A program made the position numbers and the translations under genes. Shown here piece by piece: positions 42,974 to 52,277 of a stretch of 64,000 bases of DNA (the stretch's first letter is position 1; each line of letters begins with the position of its first letter). The DNA comes from an uncultured Gemmatimonadales bacterium (lineage in GTDB: Bacteria; Gemmatimonadota; Gemmatimonadetes; Gemmatimonadales; Gemmatimonadaceae): assembly GCA_963851265.1 (NCBI GenBank), contig CAWKNZ010000006.1:128001-192000 (forward strand), written 5' to 3'. The notes beneath the pieces were generated by a model. That model worked only from the letters and a program-made list of their open reading frames with translations, made no database searches and was not told the DNA's origin.

Positions 42974-43756
42974 ATGCATCGTCGTCACGCCATCCTCACT
43001 CCGCTCGCGGCGTCGCTCGCCGCGGCGGCCCTGCTCGCCGCCGCCGCGGCCGGCGCGCAGACGCCAGCGGCCGCGCCCGCAGCCGCGCCCGCTGCCACCT
43101 CCGCCGAACAGCGCTTGCACGACGACTGGGCCTATCTCGGGCGCTACCGCGGCGCGAACGCCGCGCTCTCCGCCCCCACATCGGGGGAGAACCGCGTGGT
43201 CTTCCTCGGCAACTCGATCACCGAGGCGTGGGCGCCGCTCTTCGCGCGGCAGTTCGCGGGCAAGCCGTACATCGGCCGTGGGATCAGCGGGCAGACCACG
43301 CCGCAGCTGCTCGTGCGGTTCCGACAGGACGTGCTCGACCTGCACCCGCGCGCGGTCGTGATCCTCGCGGGGACCAACGACATCGCGGGCAACACCGGGT
43401 CCAGCACGCTCGAGATGATCGAGGCGAACATCGCGTCGATGGTCGACCTCGCGCGGGCGAACGACGTGCGCGTGGTGCTGTGTTCGGTGCTGCCCGTGTA
43501 CGACTACCCCTGGCGGCCGGGGCTCACGCCGGCGCCGAAGATCATCGCGCTGAACGCGTGGCTGCGCGACTACGCGCACCGGCGCGGGCTGGTGTACGCC
43601 GACTTCCACACGCCGATGGCCGATGCGCGCGGCGGGCTACCGGACAGCCTCGCCGCGGACGGCGTGCACCCCACCGCGGCGGGGTACGCGGTGATGGCGC
43701 CGATCGTCGAGCGGGCGATCGCCGAGGCACTCGGGCCGGCGGGCGCGGCACGCTGA
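42974..43756 (+). CDS. Secreted SGNH/GDSL hydrolase
   Basis: FLGNSIT, GISGQTT, LAGTND, DGVHP. Confidence 0.9.
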   Translation: MHRRHAILTPLAASLAAAALLAAAAAGAQTPAAAPAAAPAATSAEQRLHDDWAYLGRYRGANAALSAPTSGENRVVFLGNSITEAWAPLFARQFAGKPYIGRGISGQTTPQLLVRFRQDVLDLHPRAVVILAGTNDIAGNTGSSTLEMIEANIASMVDLARANDVRVVLCSVLPVYDYPWRPGLTPAPKIIALNAWLRDYAHRRGLVYADFHTPMADARGGLPDSLAADGVHPTAAGYAVMAPIVERAIAEALGPAGAAR

Positions 43757-43792
43757 CGCGCCGCGCTGACGCGCCGCGCGGGGCGGCGCGTC
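43751..43792. terminator. Hairpin between convergent genes with a 13-bp tandem duplication
   Basis: (CGCTGACGCGCCG)x2 at 43751-43776; stem GACGCGCCGC/GCGGCGCGTC at 43768-43792; no U tract. Confidence 0.45.
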
Positions 43793-43795
43793 GCG

Positions 43796-45661
43796 TCAGA
43801 ACACGCACCCCGCGCGCGCCGGGATCGAGACCACGACCGCGCCGGCGTCGCGCCGCGGGGCCGGGCAGATGCCTAACGCGTCGGCGGCGGAGGCGCCGAG
43901 CGCCGCGGCGGGGAGCCGCACCTGCGTCGCGGCGGTGTCGTTGTTGAGCGCCACGACCGTGCGCCCGCGGCGGTAGACGTACGCCTGGTCGCCGACGTAC
44001 AGGTTCTCGGTGGCGGCGCGCGCGAGATCGGGACGCGCGGCGCGCAGTCGGAGGAGGGCCTGCACGTGCGCCCACACGGCCTGTTCGGCGGCCGACCGCC
44101 CGGACGCTTGGAAGGCGTCGTGGGCGTCGCCGGGCCACCCGCCCGGGAAGTCGCGCCGGTTGTCGGGGTCGTTGCCCCCCGCCATCCCGATCTCGTCGCC
44201 GTAGTAGAGCATCGGCGTGCCGCGCGCGGTGAAGAGGAAGGTGAACGCCAGGCGGAGTCCGTCGGTCGTGGCGCCGCGCTCGCTCATGAAGCGCCCCATG
44301 TCGTGCAGCCCCGCGAAGGTGACTAACGCATCGGGGTTGGGGTACAGCCGGTCGTGGGCGAGCACCTGCGCCACCTCGCGCACGGAGCGGCCGCGGGCGA
44401 ACGCGTCGCGCACGGCGTAGTGCAGCGGAAAGTCGAACAGCGCGTCGACGCGGTCGTCGATGCGGTCGCCGGCGCCGTCGGGCTCGGCGCGGCCGCCCTG
44501 GAAGAAGGACACGAGCACCGGGTCGCCCTCGGAGACCTCGCCGACGACGCGCAGCGCGGGGTACTGCGCCTTGATCGCGCCCATCCAATCGCGCCAGAAT
44601 CGACGCGGCACGTACGGCCAGGTGTCCTGCCGGATGCCGTCCATCCCGCTCATGCCCACCCACCAGAGCGTGTTCTGGATGAGGTAGCGCGCGACGTCCG
44701 GGTCGTCCTGGTTGAGGTCCGGGAGGAGGTTGACGAACCACCCGTCGAGCGTCGCGGCGCGCACCGCCGGCGGGGAGTGCGGGTCCGTCACGGTCCACAC
44801 CTGGAAGGTGTTGACGAGGTGGTTGGCCTCGGTGCCGTGGAACCACGTGGGGGTCGGCGGGTTGGTCACCCACGGGTGGTACGCGCTCGTGTGGTTCTCC
44901 ACCATGTCGAGGATGATCTTGATCCCCTGCCGGTGCGCGTCGTCGACGAGCGCGCGGAAGTCGGCGAGCGTGCCGAAGTGCTCTTCCAGCCCGTAGTAGT
45001 CGACCGCGTGGTAGCCGTGGTAGGGCGTGGTCGGGTGGCCCGCGACGAGCTCCTTGCGGTCGATCTCGTTCGTGTTGTCGTACAGCGGGTTGATCCAGAG
45101 CGCCGTGACGCCTAACGACTTGAGGTAGGGCAGGCGCGCGCGGATGCCCGCGAGGTCGCCGCCGTGGTAGAAGTGCGAGTCGTTCCGGTCGAACATGCCC
45201 TTCGACGCCGCCGGGTCGTCGTTGGCCGGGTCGCCGTTCGCGAAGCGGTCGGGCATTATCAGGTAGATCACGTCGGACGGGCCGAAGCCCTGGAACCGCC
45301 CCGCCGCGGCGAGCGGCGCCGCGAGCACGAACGGCACCGGCGCCACCCCACCCGCCGTGCGGATCGCGAGCGGATACGATCCCGGGCGCGCCCCGCCCGG
45401 GATCGTCACGTCGGCGAACACGTAGGTGCCGGCCGCGTTGACCCGCACGCCGCCGCAACTCAGGCGTGGGCAGTCGAGGCGCGCGCCGGCGAGGTTCCGC
45501 CCGCGGATCAGCACGCGGACGGGGTTGATGGTGTGGCCGGTCCACCAGTTCGGCGGGTCGACCTTCTCGACCACGGGCGCGGCGGCCTGCGCGGCTGCAG
45601 CCGCGAACGGCGTGCCGAGCGACGCGAGCAGGATGACGACTCGGCGGATCAGACGGAGCAT
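43796..45661 (-). CDS. GH13 cyclomaltodextrinase/neopullulanase-like enzyme (SusA-like), secreted
   Basis: 3' part of ORF 43796..46774; VDPPNWW, YLIMPDRFANGD, YHGY, DMVENH, GIRQDT, VGEV, LHD, YYGDEIG. Confidence 0.9.
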   Translation of the reverse strand: MLRLIRRVVILLASLGTPFAAAAAQAAAPVVEKVDPPNWWTGHTINPVRVLIRGRNLAGARLDCPRLSCGGVRVNAAGTYVFADVTIPGGARPGSYPLAIRTAGGVAPVPFVLAAPLAAAGRFQGFGPSDVIYLIMPDRFANGDPANDDPAASKGMFDRNDSHFYHGGDLAGIRARLPYLKSLGVTALWINPLYDNTNEIDRKELVAGHPTTPYHGYHAVDYYGLEEHFGTLADFRALVDDAHRQGIKIILDMVENHTSAYHPWVTNPPTPTWFHGTEANHLVNTFQVWTVTDPHSPPAVRAATLDGWFVNLLPDLNQDDPDVARYLIQNTLWWVGMSGMDGIRQDTWPYVPRRFWRDWMGAIKAQYPALRVVGEVSEGDPVLVSFFQGGRAEPDGAGDRIDDRVDALFDFPLHYAVRDAFARGRSVREVAQVLAHDRLYPNPDALVTFAGLHDMGRFMSERGATTDGLRLAFTFLFTARGTPMLYYGDEIGMAGGNDPDNRRDFPGGWPGDAHDAFQASGRSAAEQAVWAHVQALLRLRAARPDLARAATENLYVGDQAYVYRRGRTVVALNNDTAATQVRLPAAALGASAADALGICPAPRRDAGAVVVSIPARAGCVF

Positions 45662-45720
45662 GCGAGAGGGGCGCGAACGGTGAATGGCGCGAAGCTGATG
45701 CGAGACAAGATGGCGGCCGC

Positions 45721-47322
45721 TCACGGCTGCACCCCCGCCTGCAGCACGACGGCGGTCGACGCGGACACCGCGAGATCCACCGCGCCCCCCGCAGCGACGG
45801 TCACCCGCGTCCCGGCGCACCCGCCGGCCGCGGCGCGGCCGCCGGCGAGCACGTCGCAGTAGTCGCCGGGGGCGAGCGCCGAGGTGGCAACCACGTGCGC
45901 GGCCGCCGCGCCGCGGTTGATGGCGACGAATCCCTTCGCGCCTCGCGAGAAGGCGACCGCGTTCTGCCCGTCGTCCCAGTTCCACGTGAGGTCGGTGCCG
46001 GCGACCGCGCGCCGGAAGCCCACCATCGCGCGCAGCGTCGGGTCGCGGTGTTCGCACACCCACTGGCCGACCGCGGCGGTCTCGAGCGACCCGGCGCAGG
46101 CGACGGCGTTCGTGTTGCCGGCGCCGTCCGACGGCGGCCCGGCGTCGCGCCCGGCCTGCGAGCCGCGGTCGAACGCGTAGCTCGACATCACGGACGGGTA
46201 GCCGTAGGACTGGCCTAACAGGTACACCATGCCGAGGCGGTACGTCTGCCCGTTGCGGTAGCCGAGGCCCGGGTTCGTCGCGTCGCGCTGCGTGTCGTGA
46301 TTCTCGAGGAACACCACGGCCTTGTCGCTCGGGAGGATGCCCCAGTTGGCGACGGAGAAGGTCTTGAGGTCGGCCACGCGCTGCGCGCCGGTGTTGAGGA
46401 ACTTGTCGCTCACGCCGCGCACCTTGAACTCGGTGATGTCCGACGCGCCGCCGCTCGCGTAGCCGAGGCCGAGGTAGTCGGTCGCGTGCACGGCCTCGCC
46501 GCCGTAGTCGATCACCTCGGAGAAGTAGTACGGCAGCGGGCGCCCTTCGGCCGCGAGCGTGCGGTTCGCGAGGCTGACGACGCTGTCGAGTTCCACGGGC
46601 TGCATGTGCTTGGCCGCGTCGAGGCGGAATCCCGCCACGCCGAGCCGCGCGAGCCCGACGAGGTAGTTGGCGAGCGTCTGCCGAACGCTCGACGCGCCGG
46701 TGTTCAGGTCGGCGAGCCCGGTCAGCTCGCAGTCCTGCACGTTCGCCGCGTCCTGGTAGTTGCTCACCGCGCACGGCGCGTGGAAGTCACCCTGCTGCCA
46801 CGTCCCCGGGTAGCCGTACTTCGTGTAGACCGTGCCGTTGCTCCCCGTGCCGGCGCCGGCGGTCATGTGGTTGAGCACCGCGTCGACGTAGATGTCGACC
46901 CCCGCCGCCTTGCAGCGGCCCACCATGCTCGCGAACTCGGCCCCGGTCCCCGAGCGGCTGCGTGCGATGCTGTAGCTGACCGGCTGGTACCGCTGCCACC
47001 ACGGGAAGCCCGCGATCACGGCAGCCTCCTGCGGCGGCGAGACCTGCACGGCCTTGTAGCCGGCGGGTCCGAGCACGGCCTCGCATTCCGAGGCGACGTC
47101 GGTCCACTTCCACTCGAACAGGTGGACGAAGACGTCGCCCGCGGCGGCGTGGCCGCTCGGGCGGTAGGTGGCGCCCAACGACGGGCGCCCTACGGGCGCG
47201 ACGGCCGTGGGCGGCGCGGTGGTCGCGGTGGAGCCGCCACCGCCACCACATGCCGGAAGTGCGGCGAGTATGACGCACGCGAGTGCGCCGGCGGGGTGCG
47301 TGGCACGGATCAACGACGGCAT
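45721..47322 (-). CDS. GH13 alpha-amylase (animal/actinobacterial type), probable lipoprotein
   Basis: Lipobox-like ALPAC plus G/T/P linker; VHLFEW, QVSPP, WWQRYQPVSY, DAVLNH, FRLDAAKH, SEVID, ENHD, WVCEHR. Confidence 0.92.
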   Translation of the reverse strand: MPSLIRATHPAGALACVILAALPACGGGGGSTATTAPPTAVAPVGRPSLGATYRPSGHAAAGDVFVHLFEWKWTDVASECEAVLGPAGYKAVQVSPPQEAAVIAGFPWWQRYQPVSYSIARSRSGTGAEFASMVGRCKAAGVDIYVDAVLNHMTAGAGTGSNGTVYTKYGYPGTWQQGDFHAPCAVSNYQDAANVQDCELTGLADLNTGASSVRQTLANYLVGLARLGVAGFRLDAAKHMQPVELDSVVSLANRTLAAEGRPLPYYFSEVIDYGGEAVHATDYLGLGYASGGASDITEFKVRGVSDKFLNTGAQRVADLKTFSVANWGILPSDKAVVFLENHDTQRDATNPGLGYRNGQTYRLGMVYLLGQSYGYPSVMSSYAFDRGSQAGRDAGPPSDGAGNTNAVACAGSLETAAVGQWVCEHRDPTLRAMVGFRRAVAGTDLTWNWDDGQNAVAFSRGAKGFVAINRGAAAAHVVATSALAPGDYCDVLAGGRAAAGGCAGTRVTVAAGGAVDLAVSASTAVVLQAGVQP

Positions 47323-47380
47323 CTGCGGCGGGAACGACGGAGTGAGCGGAGGGGGCGGCGGTCGGTGTGGGCGTGCAACG

Positions 47381-47437
47381 GCGAGGGTCCTACCGTCCGG
47401 GAAAGGGCAACGTTTCCCCGGACGGTAGGACCCTCGC
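47381..47437. repeat. Perfect 21-bp inverted repeat with 15-nt loop
   Basis: GCGAGGGTCCTACCGTCCGGG (47381-47401) / CCCGGACGGTAGGACCCTCGC (47417-47437). Confidence 0.85.
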
Positions 47438-47460
47438 GGCGCTCGGGCCGAGGGGGCGTG

Positions 47461-47492
47461 CGTCAGGCGGGCATCGCGCCCCCCGCCTGACG
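47461..47492 (-). terminator. 11-bp stem-loop immediately after susD
   Basis: CGTCAGGCGGG / CCCGCCTGACG, 9 nt past the susD stop; no U tract. Confidence 0.5.
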
Positions 47493-47501
47493 TGCCCGGC
47501 G

Positions 47502-49109
47502 TCAGTACCCCGGGTTCTGCTTGAGCGTCGGGTTCGCCGAGAGCTCGTTGGCCGGGAGCGGGTAGATGTCGCGCGTGGCCGGCGTCGCGGCCCCGGCGGG
47601 CACGCCGCCCTTGAACGCCCAGACCTTCGTGGCGCCGGTGAAGCGGCCGTACCGGACGAGGTCCGTCCGGCGGTGTCCTTCCCAGAACAGCTCGCGCGCG
47701 CGCTCGTCGAGCACGAAGTCGAGCGTGAGCTGGCCGGCCGCGATCGGCGACGCACCGGCGCGCGCCCGCAACGCGTTGACGTACGAGAGCGCGGTCGCCT
47801 GGTCGCCGCCGCCGCCGCGCAGGAACAGCTCCGCGTACATCAGGTAGGCATCGCCCAGGCGGAACATCGGGTAGTCGGTGTCGGCGAAGTTCTGGTCCGC
47901 GCCCGCCAGCCCCGTCGACGTGACGTTGCGGTACTTGCGGACGAGATACCCCTGCCCGAAGTCGGTGAGGCTGTTGATCGCCAGCGACTGGCCGTTGGCG
48001 TAGAGCATGGCCCCGCGCTGGTCGGTCGTGGTGCTCGGGTTGCCGGTGCTCGTGAACAGCGTGACGAACTCGGGCTTGGCGCGCAGGCCGTACCACCCGC
48101 CGTTGATCCCGAAGTTCGACGTCGCGCTGTCGTTCAGCGTGCCGCCGATCGGCGCGTGCACGAGGAACGTCGTCCCGCCGTAGCTCTGCGTGTGCACCCC
48201 GTCCTGCGGCACGACGAAGATCAGCTCGGGCGAGGTGTTGTTGTCGGCCATGAACATGCGCCGGTAGTTCGGGTCGAGCTGGTACGCGCCCGAGCCGATG
48301 ACGCGCTGCACGGCGGCCATCGCGCTCGCGTACTGCGGCGCGCCGGTGTAGACGCCGGCATTCATGTACAGCTTGGCGAGCAGCATGTCCGCCGCCGCCG
48401 GGGTGGCGCGCCCGTAGGTGGCGGCGCTCTTGGCGGGTAGCTGGTCGCGGATGGCCGTCAGCTCGCTGACGACGAACGTGTACAGGTCATTGCGCGACGT
48501 CTGCGCGGGCGGGGCGCCGCCAATCGGCGTGGCCTCGGTCACGAGCGGCACGCTCCCGAAGATGTCGAGCGCGTGCCAGTACGAGAGCGCGCGCAGGAAG
48601 CGCGCCTCGGCGCGGTACGTCTGGATCTGCGTCTTGAGGGTCGCGCTCACGTTGCGGCCGGCGAGCTGCGCGTCGGTCGTCTGCCGCAGGAACTCCGCCG
48701 CGAACGTCGCCTGCTGCTGGATGCGCGAGTACATCGTGCTGGAAAAGCCGTTGGACGACGTCCAGCCCTGCGTGTTCAGGTCCTGCAGCCCCGACCCGTC
48801 GGTCCAGGCGATGACCGCCTCGTCGGTGGGCAGCTCCTCCATCTGCCAGAGCAGCCGGAGGTACTGCGAGAACCCGGCGTCGAGTCCCTGGATGTCGCTG
48901 GTGCCCGGGCCGGTGGGTCCGCTCAGGGCGAGCACGCCGTAGAGCTTGGCGAGCGACGCCTGGTAGGCGCTGGGGTCGCTGAAGACGTTGCTGCTGCCGA
49001 TGGCGCTCGGGTTGGTGACGTCGACGTTCGTGCAGCCCGCCAGGCCGCCGGCGCCGGCGAGCACGAGGCCGGCCAGGGCCGCGGCGCGATAGGACGATGT
49101 GTTAGGCAT
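47502..49109 (-). CDS. SusD/RagB lipoprotein (starch-type)
   Basis: Lipobox GLAGC; ELPTDEA, AEARFLRALSYW, LAKLYMNA, FADTDYPMFRL, ERARELFWEGHRRTDL, QNPGY. Confidence 0.93.
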   Translation of the reverse strand: MPNTSSYRAAALAGLVLAGAGGLAGCTNVDVTNPSAIGSSNVFSDPSAYQASLAKLYGVLALSGPTGPGTSDIQGLDAGFSQYLRLLWQMEELPTDEAVIAWTDGSGLQDLNTQGWTSSNGFSSTMYSRIQQQATFAAEFLRQTTDAQLAGRNVSATLKTQIQTYRAEARFLRALSYWHALDIFGSVPLVTEATPIGGAPPAQTSRNDLYTFVVSELTAIRDQLPAKSAATYGRATPAAADMLLAKLYMNAGVYTGAPQYASAMAAVQRVIGSGAYQLDPNYRRMFMADNNTSPELIFVVPQDGVHTQSYGGTTFLVHAPIGGTLNDSATSNFGINGGWYGLRAKPEFVTLFTSTGNPSTTTDQRGAMLYANGQSLAINSLTDFGQGYLVRKYRNVTSTGLAGADQNFADTDYPMFRLGDAYLMYAELFLRGGGGDQATALSYVNALRARAGASPIAAGQLTLDFVLDERARELFWEGHRRTDLVRYGRFTGATKVWAFKGGVPAGAATPATRDIYPLPANELSANPTLKQNPGY

Positions 49110-49123
49110 GGGTCAGGCGAACC

Positions 49124-52100
49124 TCAGAATCCGACGTTGAGACCGAACGTGAAAATGCGCGACAGCGGGTACGTGTTGAGGTCGAGGCCGACCCCCGTGG
49201 CGCCGCTCGACCCGTTGCCGATCGGGGGGAGCGGGTCGACGCCGCTGTACTTGGTCGCCGTGAACACGTTCTGGACGGTCGCGAACACGCGCGTGCTGCG
49301 CAGCGCCCGGTACGTCGGGAGCGTGTAGCCGAGCGTGATGTTGTCCATGCGCAGGAAGTTCGCGTTCTCGACGTAGAGATCCGAATTGTACTGCGGCGTC
49401 ACGAAATTGTACTTGAGGACCGCCGAATTGAGGGCGCGCGGCGCGCCGCCCTGCTGCACCACCGAGTAGCTGCCCTGCGTGGCCGCGACCGCGTTGTACA
49501 CGTAGTAGCCGAGGTACGAGCGCAGCGTGAAGCTGAAGTCCGCCCGCCCGAGACCGAAATTCGACGTGTGCCCGAGGATCCAGCGCGGCTGCGGGCTGTG
49601 GAAGGGAACCAGGTCGCTCTGGTTGATCTGCCCGTCGCCGTTCTGGTCGACGTAGTACTTGGTCGCGGTGGCCCCGCTCGTCGTCGTGTTCGGCCCGACG
49701 ACGGGGTTGCCGCTCGCGTCGGTCTGGTGGCGAAACACGTAGAACGTCCCGAGGGGCAGCCCCGGCTGGATGACCTGCACGTTCTGGAAGCCGATGTTGC
49801 CCGTCGGAATCTGCGACGCGCCGCCGGCCCCGCTGATCGAGAGCACGCGGTTGCGGTTGGTGGCCGCCGAGAAGTTCGCGTCGTAGCGCAGCCGGCCGAG
49901 CGCGCCGTCGCCGCGGCCGCGCAGCACGCTCACGTTCAGCCCCGCCTCGAACCCGGCGTTGCGCAGCGACCCGATGTTCTCGAGCACGTAGTTGCTGAAG
50001 TTGGAGCCGCCGGCCACCGGCACGTTGAACAGCAGGTCGGTCGTCTTCTTGTTGTAGTAGTCGAACGTGCCGCTCACGCGCCCCTGGAACAGCGCGTAGT
50101 CGAGGCCGACGTCGTTCGTGCGCGACTGCTCCCACTTGAGGTTCGGGTTGGCCGCCGACGGCTGGACCGTCGGGATGAAGCCGGTGCCGAACTGCACGTA
50201 CGACTGCGGCACGGAGTAGCTGTACGTCGACTGCGCCGTGTACAGGCCGCTCGGCTGGTTGCCGTTGAGGCCGAGCGAGTAGCGCAGCTTGAGGTCGGAC
50301 ACCCCCGGCAGGCGGTCCTTGAGGAAGCTCTCCTCCGACAGGCGCCAGCCGACGCTGAAGGCCGGGAAGGTGCCCCAGTGATTGTTGGCGCCGAACCGCG
50401 ACGAGCCGTCCGCGCGCACCGAGAGGCCGAGGAGGTACTTGTCGGCGATCGTCGCGTTCGCGCGGCCGAAGAACGACGCGAGGCGGCTCTCGTCAACGCT
50501 CACGTTCGGCTGCAGGATCCGGTTCGCCGCCGGGATGCCGCCGGCGCCGAGCGCGTTCGAGCTCAGGCCGAGCGCGGTGAAGTTGGCGTAGTTGCCGCGG
50601 AACGTCTCGTACGAGTAGCCCGCGGTGAGGTCGAGGTCGGCCTTGTAGGCGTCGAGCCGGTGCACGTAGTTGCCGTACGCGTCCAGCACGAGCGTCGTCT
50701 GGTCGGGCAGATTCTGGTAGTACGAGCCCTTCAGCGTGTCGGCCGTGAAGCGCTGCGTCGGGTCGCTGGTCGGGACGAACGTCGTCTGCCGCGTGCGCGC
50801 CGCGTCGAAGCTGCCGCGCAGCGTGGCCGAGAGCCCGGTGAGGAAGGGCGCGTTGGCGCGCAGCTGCACGTTGCCGATGCCGCGGTCCGTCTGCCCCGTG
50901 TTGTTGGTCAGGGCGAGCCGCGCGAGCGGGTTGTTGGGCGCGTTCACGTTGTTGAACTCGTAGAACGTGCCGTCGGTGTTGTAGATCGGCTGCGTGGGCG
51001 CGAAGCCGTACAGGTCGCCGAGGTAGCTGCCGAGGCCGAAACTGTCGTGCGTCCGCACCGCGCGCAGCGTGGCCTGCACGTCGAAGACGTTGTGGAACAG
51101 CCGGTCCGCGTAGTTGAACTGGCCCGAGACGCGCTTCGTGTTGTCTCCCTTGAGAACGCCGTTGTCGGTCAGATAGTTCAGCGACAGGCGGTACTGCAGG
51201 TCCTGGCGGGTGCCGCCGACGGCGAAGTTCTGCTCGGTGCCGCCGCCGGTCTGCTTCGCGGCGTCGATCCAGTTGGTGGTGGCCGTGCCGAGGAGCGACA
51301 CGTTGCCGGGCGCGTACTGCTGCACGGCCGCGCGGTAGGCGGTGGCGTCGAGGTAGCTCGGCGTCCGGGCGACCTGGCGGTCGCTGTAGTTCGCGCCGTA
51401 GGTGACCTGCGGGCCGCCCTGGCTGCCGTTCTTCGTCGTGATGAGGACCACGCCGTTGGCGCCGCGCGAGCCGTAGATCGCGGTGGCCTGCGCGTCCTTC
51501 AGCACGGTGATGTTCGCGACGTCCTGCGGGTTCAGGAAGTTCAGCGGGTTGCGACCGCCGGACAGCCCGCCGCCGATCGGGAGCGGGATGCCGTCGACGA
51601 CGAACAGCGGGTCGGTGACGCCGTTGACCGACGCCTGGCCGCGCACGCGCACCGAGATCCCGCCGCCCGGCGAGTTGTCGGTGAGCACCTGCACGCCCGG
51701 CACCTTGGCCTGGATCAGCTCTTCGGGGCTGTTCACGCGCCCCTTGTTGAACAGCGTGCTGTCGACCGCGGTCACGGAGCCGGTGACGTTGCGCCGGTCC
51801 TGCCCGCCGCCGCCGCTGTACGCCTGCGCGACGACCACCTCGCTCAGGCGCGCGACGAGCGCGCCCAGCGCGAAGTTGAGCGTCGTCGTCCCGCCGTTGG
51901 TCACCTGCACGGTGCGCGACTGCGCCGCGAAGCCGATGCGCGCGACGCGCACGGTCTGCGCGCCCGTGGGCACGCGCGCGAGCGTGAAGCTGCCGTCGGG
52001 ACGCGTCTGCGTGCCGATCGTCGTCCCGGCCAGGGTCACGTTCACGCTCGGCACGCCCTGCTGCGAGACGGAGTCGACGACGCGGCCGGAGACGGTCCCG

Positions 52101-52183
52101 GTCTGGGCCTGCGCCACGACCGGGATCGCGGCGGTGAGGAGCGCGGCGGCGGACGCGCGGACGTGCTTCGGAACGGATCTCAT
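49124..52183 (-). CDS. SusC/RagA TonB-dependent transporter (starch locus)
   Basis: PLFVVDG, NPLNFLNP, VLKDAQATAIYGSRGANGVVLITTK, RADGSSRF, NPNLKWE, C-terminal Phe; GAAGGAG... lies on the opposite strand so no RBS claimed. Confidence 0.95.
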   Translation of the reverse strand: MRSVPKHVRASAAALLTAAIPVVAQAQTGTVSGRVVDSVSQQGVPSVNVTLAGTTIGTQTRPDGSFTLARVPTGAQTVRVARIGFAAQSRTVQVTNGGTTTLNFALGALVARLSEVVVAQAYSGGGGQDRRNVTGSVTAVDSTLFNKGRVNSPEELIQAKVPGVQVLTDNSPGGGISVRVRGQASVNGVTDPLFVVDGIPLPIGGGLSGGRNPLNFLNPQDVANITVLKDAQATAIYGSRGANGVVLITTKNGSQGGPQVTYGANYSDRQVARTPSYLDATAYRAAVQQYAPGNVSLLGTATTNWIDAAKQTGGGTEQNFAVGGTRQDLQYRLSLNYLTDNGVLKGDNTKRVSGQFNYADRLFHNVFDVQATLRAVRTHDSFGLGSYLGDLYGFAPTQPIYNTDGTFYEFNNVNAPNNPLARLALTNNTGQTDRGIGNVQLRANAPFLTGLSATLRGSFDAARTRQTTFVPTSDPTQRFTADTLKGSYYQNLPDQTTLVLDAYGNYVHRLDAYKADLDLTAGYSYETFRGNYANFTALGLSSNALGAGGIPAANRILQPNVSVDESRLASFFGRANATIADKYLLGLSVRADGSSRFGANNHWGTFPAFSVGWRLSEESFLKDRLPGVSDLKLRYSLGLNGNQPSGLYTAQSTYSYSVPQSYVQFGTGFIPTVQPSAANPNLKWEQSRTNDVGLDYALFQGRVSGTFDYYNKKTTDLLFNVPVAGGSNFSNYVLENIGSLRNAGFEAGLNVSVLRGRGDGALGRLRYDANFSAATNRNRVLSISGAGGASQIPTGNIGFQNVQVIQPGLPLGTFYVFRHQTDASGNPVVGPNTTTSGATATKYYVDQNGDGQINQSDLVPFHSPQPRWILGHTSNFGLGRADFSFTLRSYLGYYVYNAVAATQGSYSVVQQGGAPRALNSAVLKYNFVTPQYNSDLYVENANFLRMDNITLGYTLPTYRALRSTRVFATVQNVFTATKYSGVDPLPPIGNGSSGATGVGLDLNTYPLSRIFTFGLNVGF

Positions 52184-52277
52184 GTCTGCTGTTGTTCGGA
52201 AGGAGCGGTAGGGGACCGGACGGCGCGAACGTACGCCGGCGGTGGGTGCTACGGGCCGAGCGGGGCGCGAAACATCG

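Noticed and set aside
40277..43609. Apparent 1110-aa fusion to the alditol oxidase (similarly the long N-termini of 16196..19186, 16463..19540 and 43796..46774)
   Set aside because: The extensions overlap other real genes; internal starts give normal-sized proteins.
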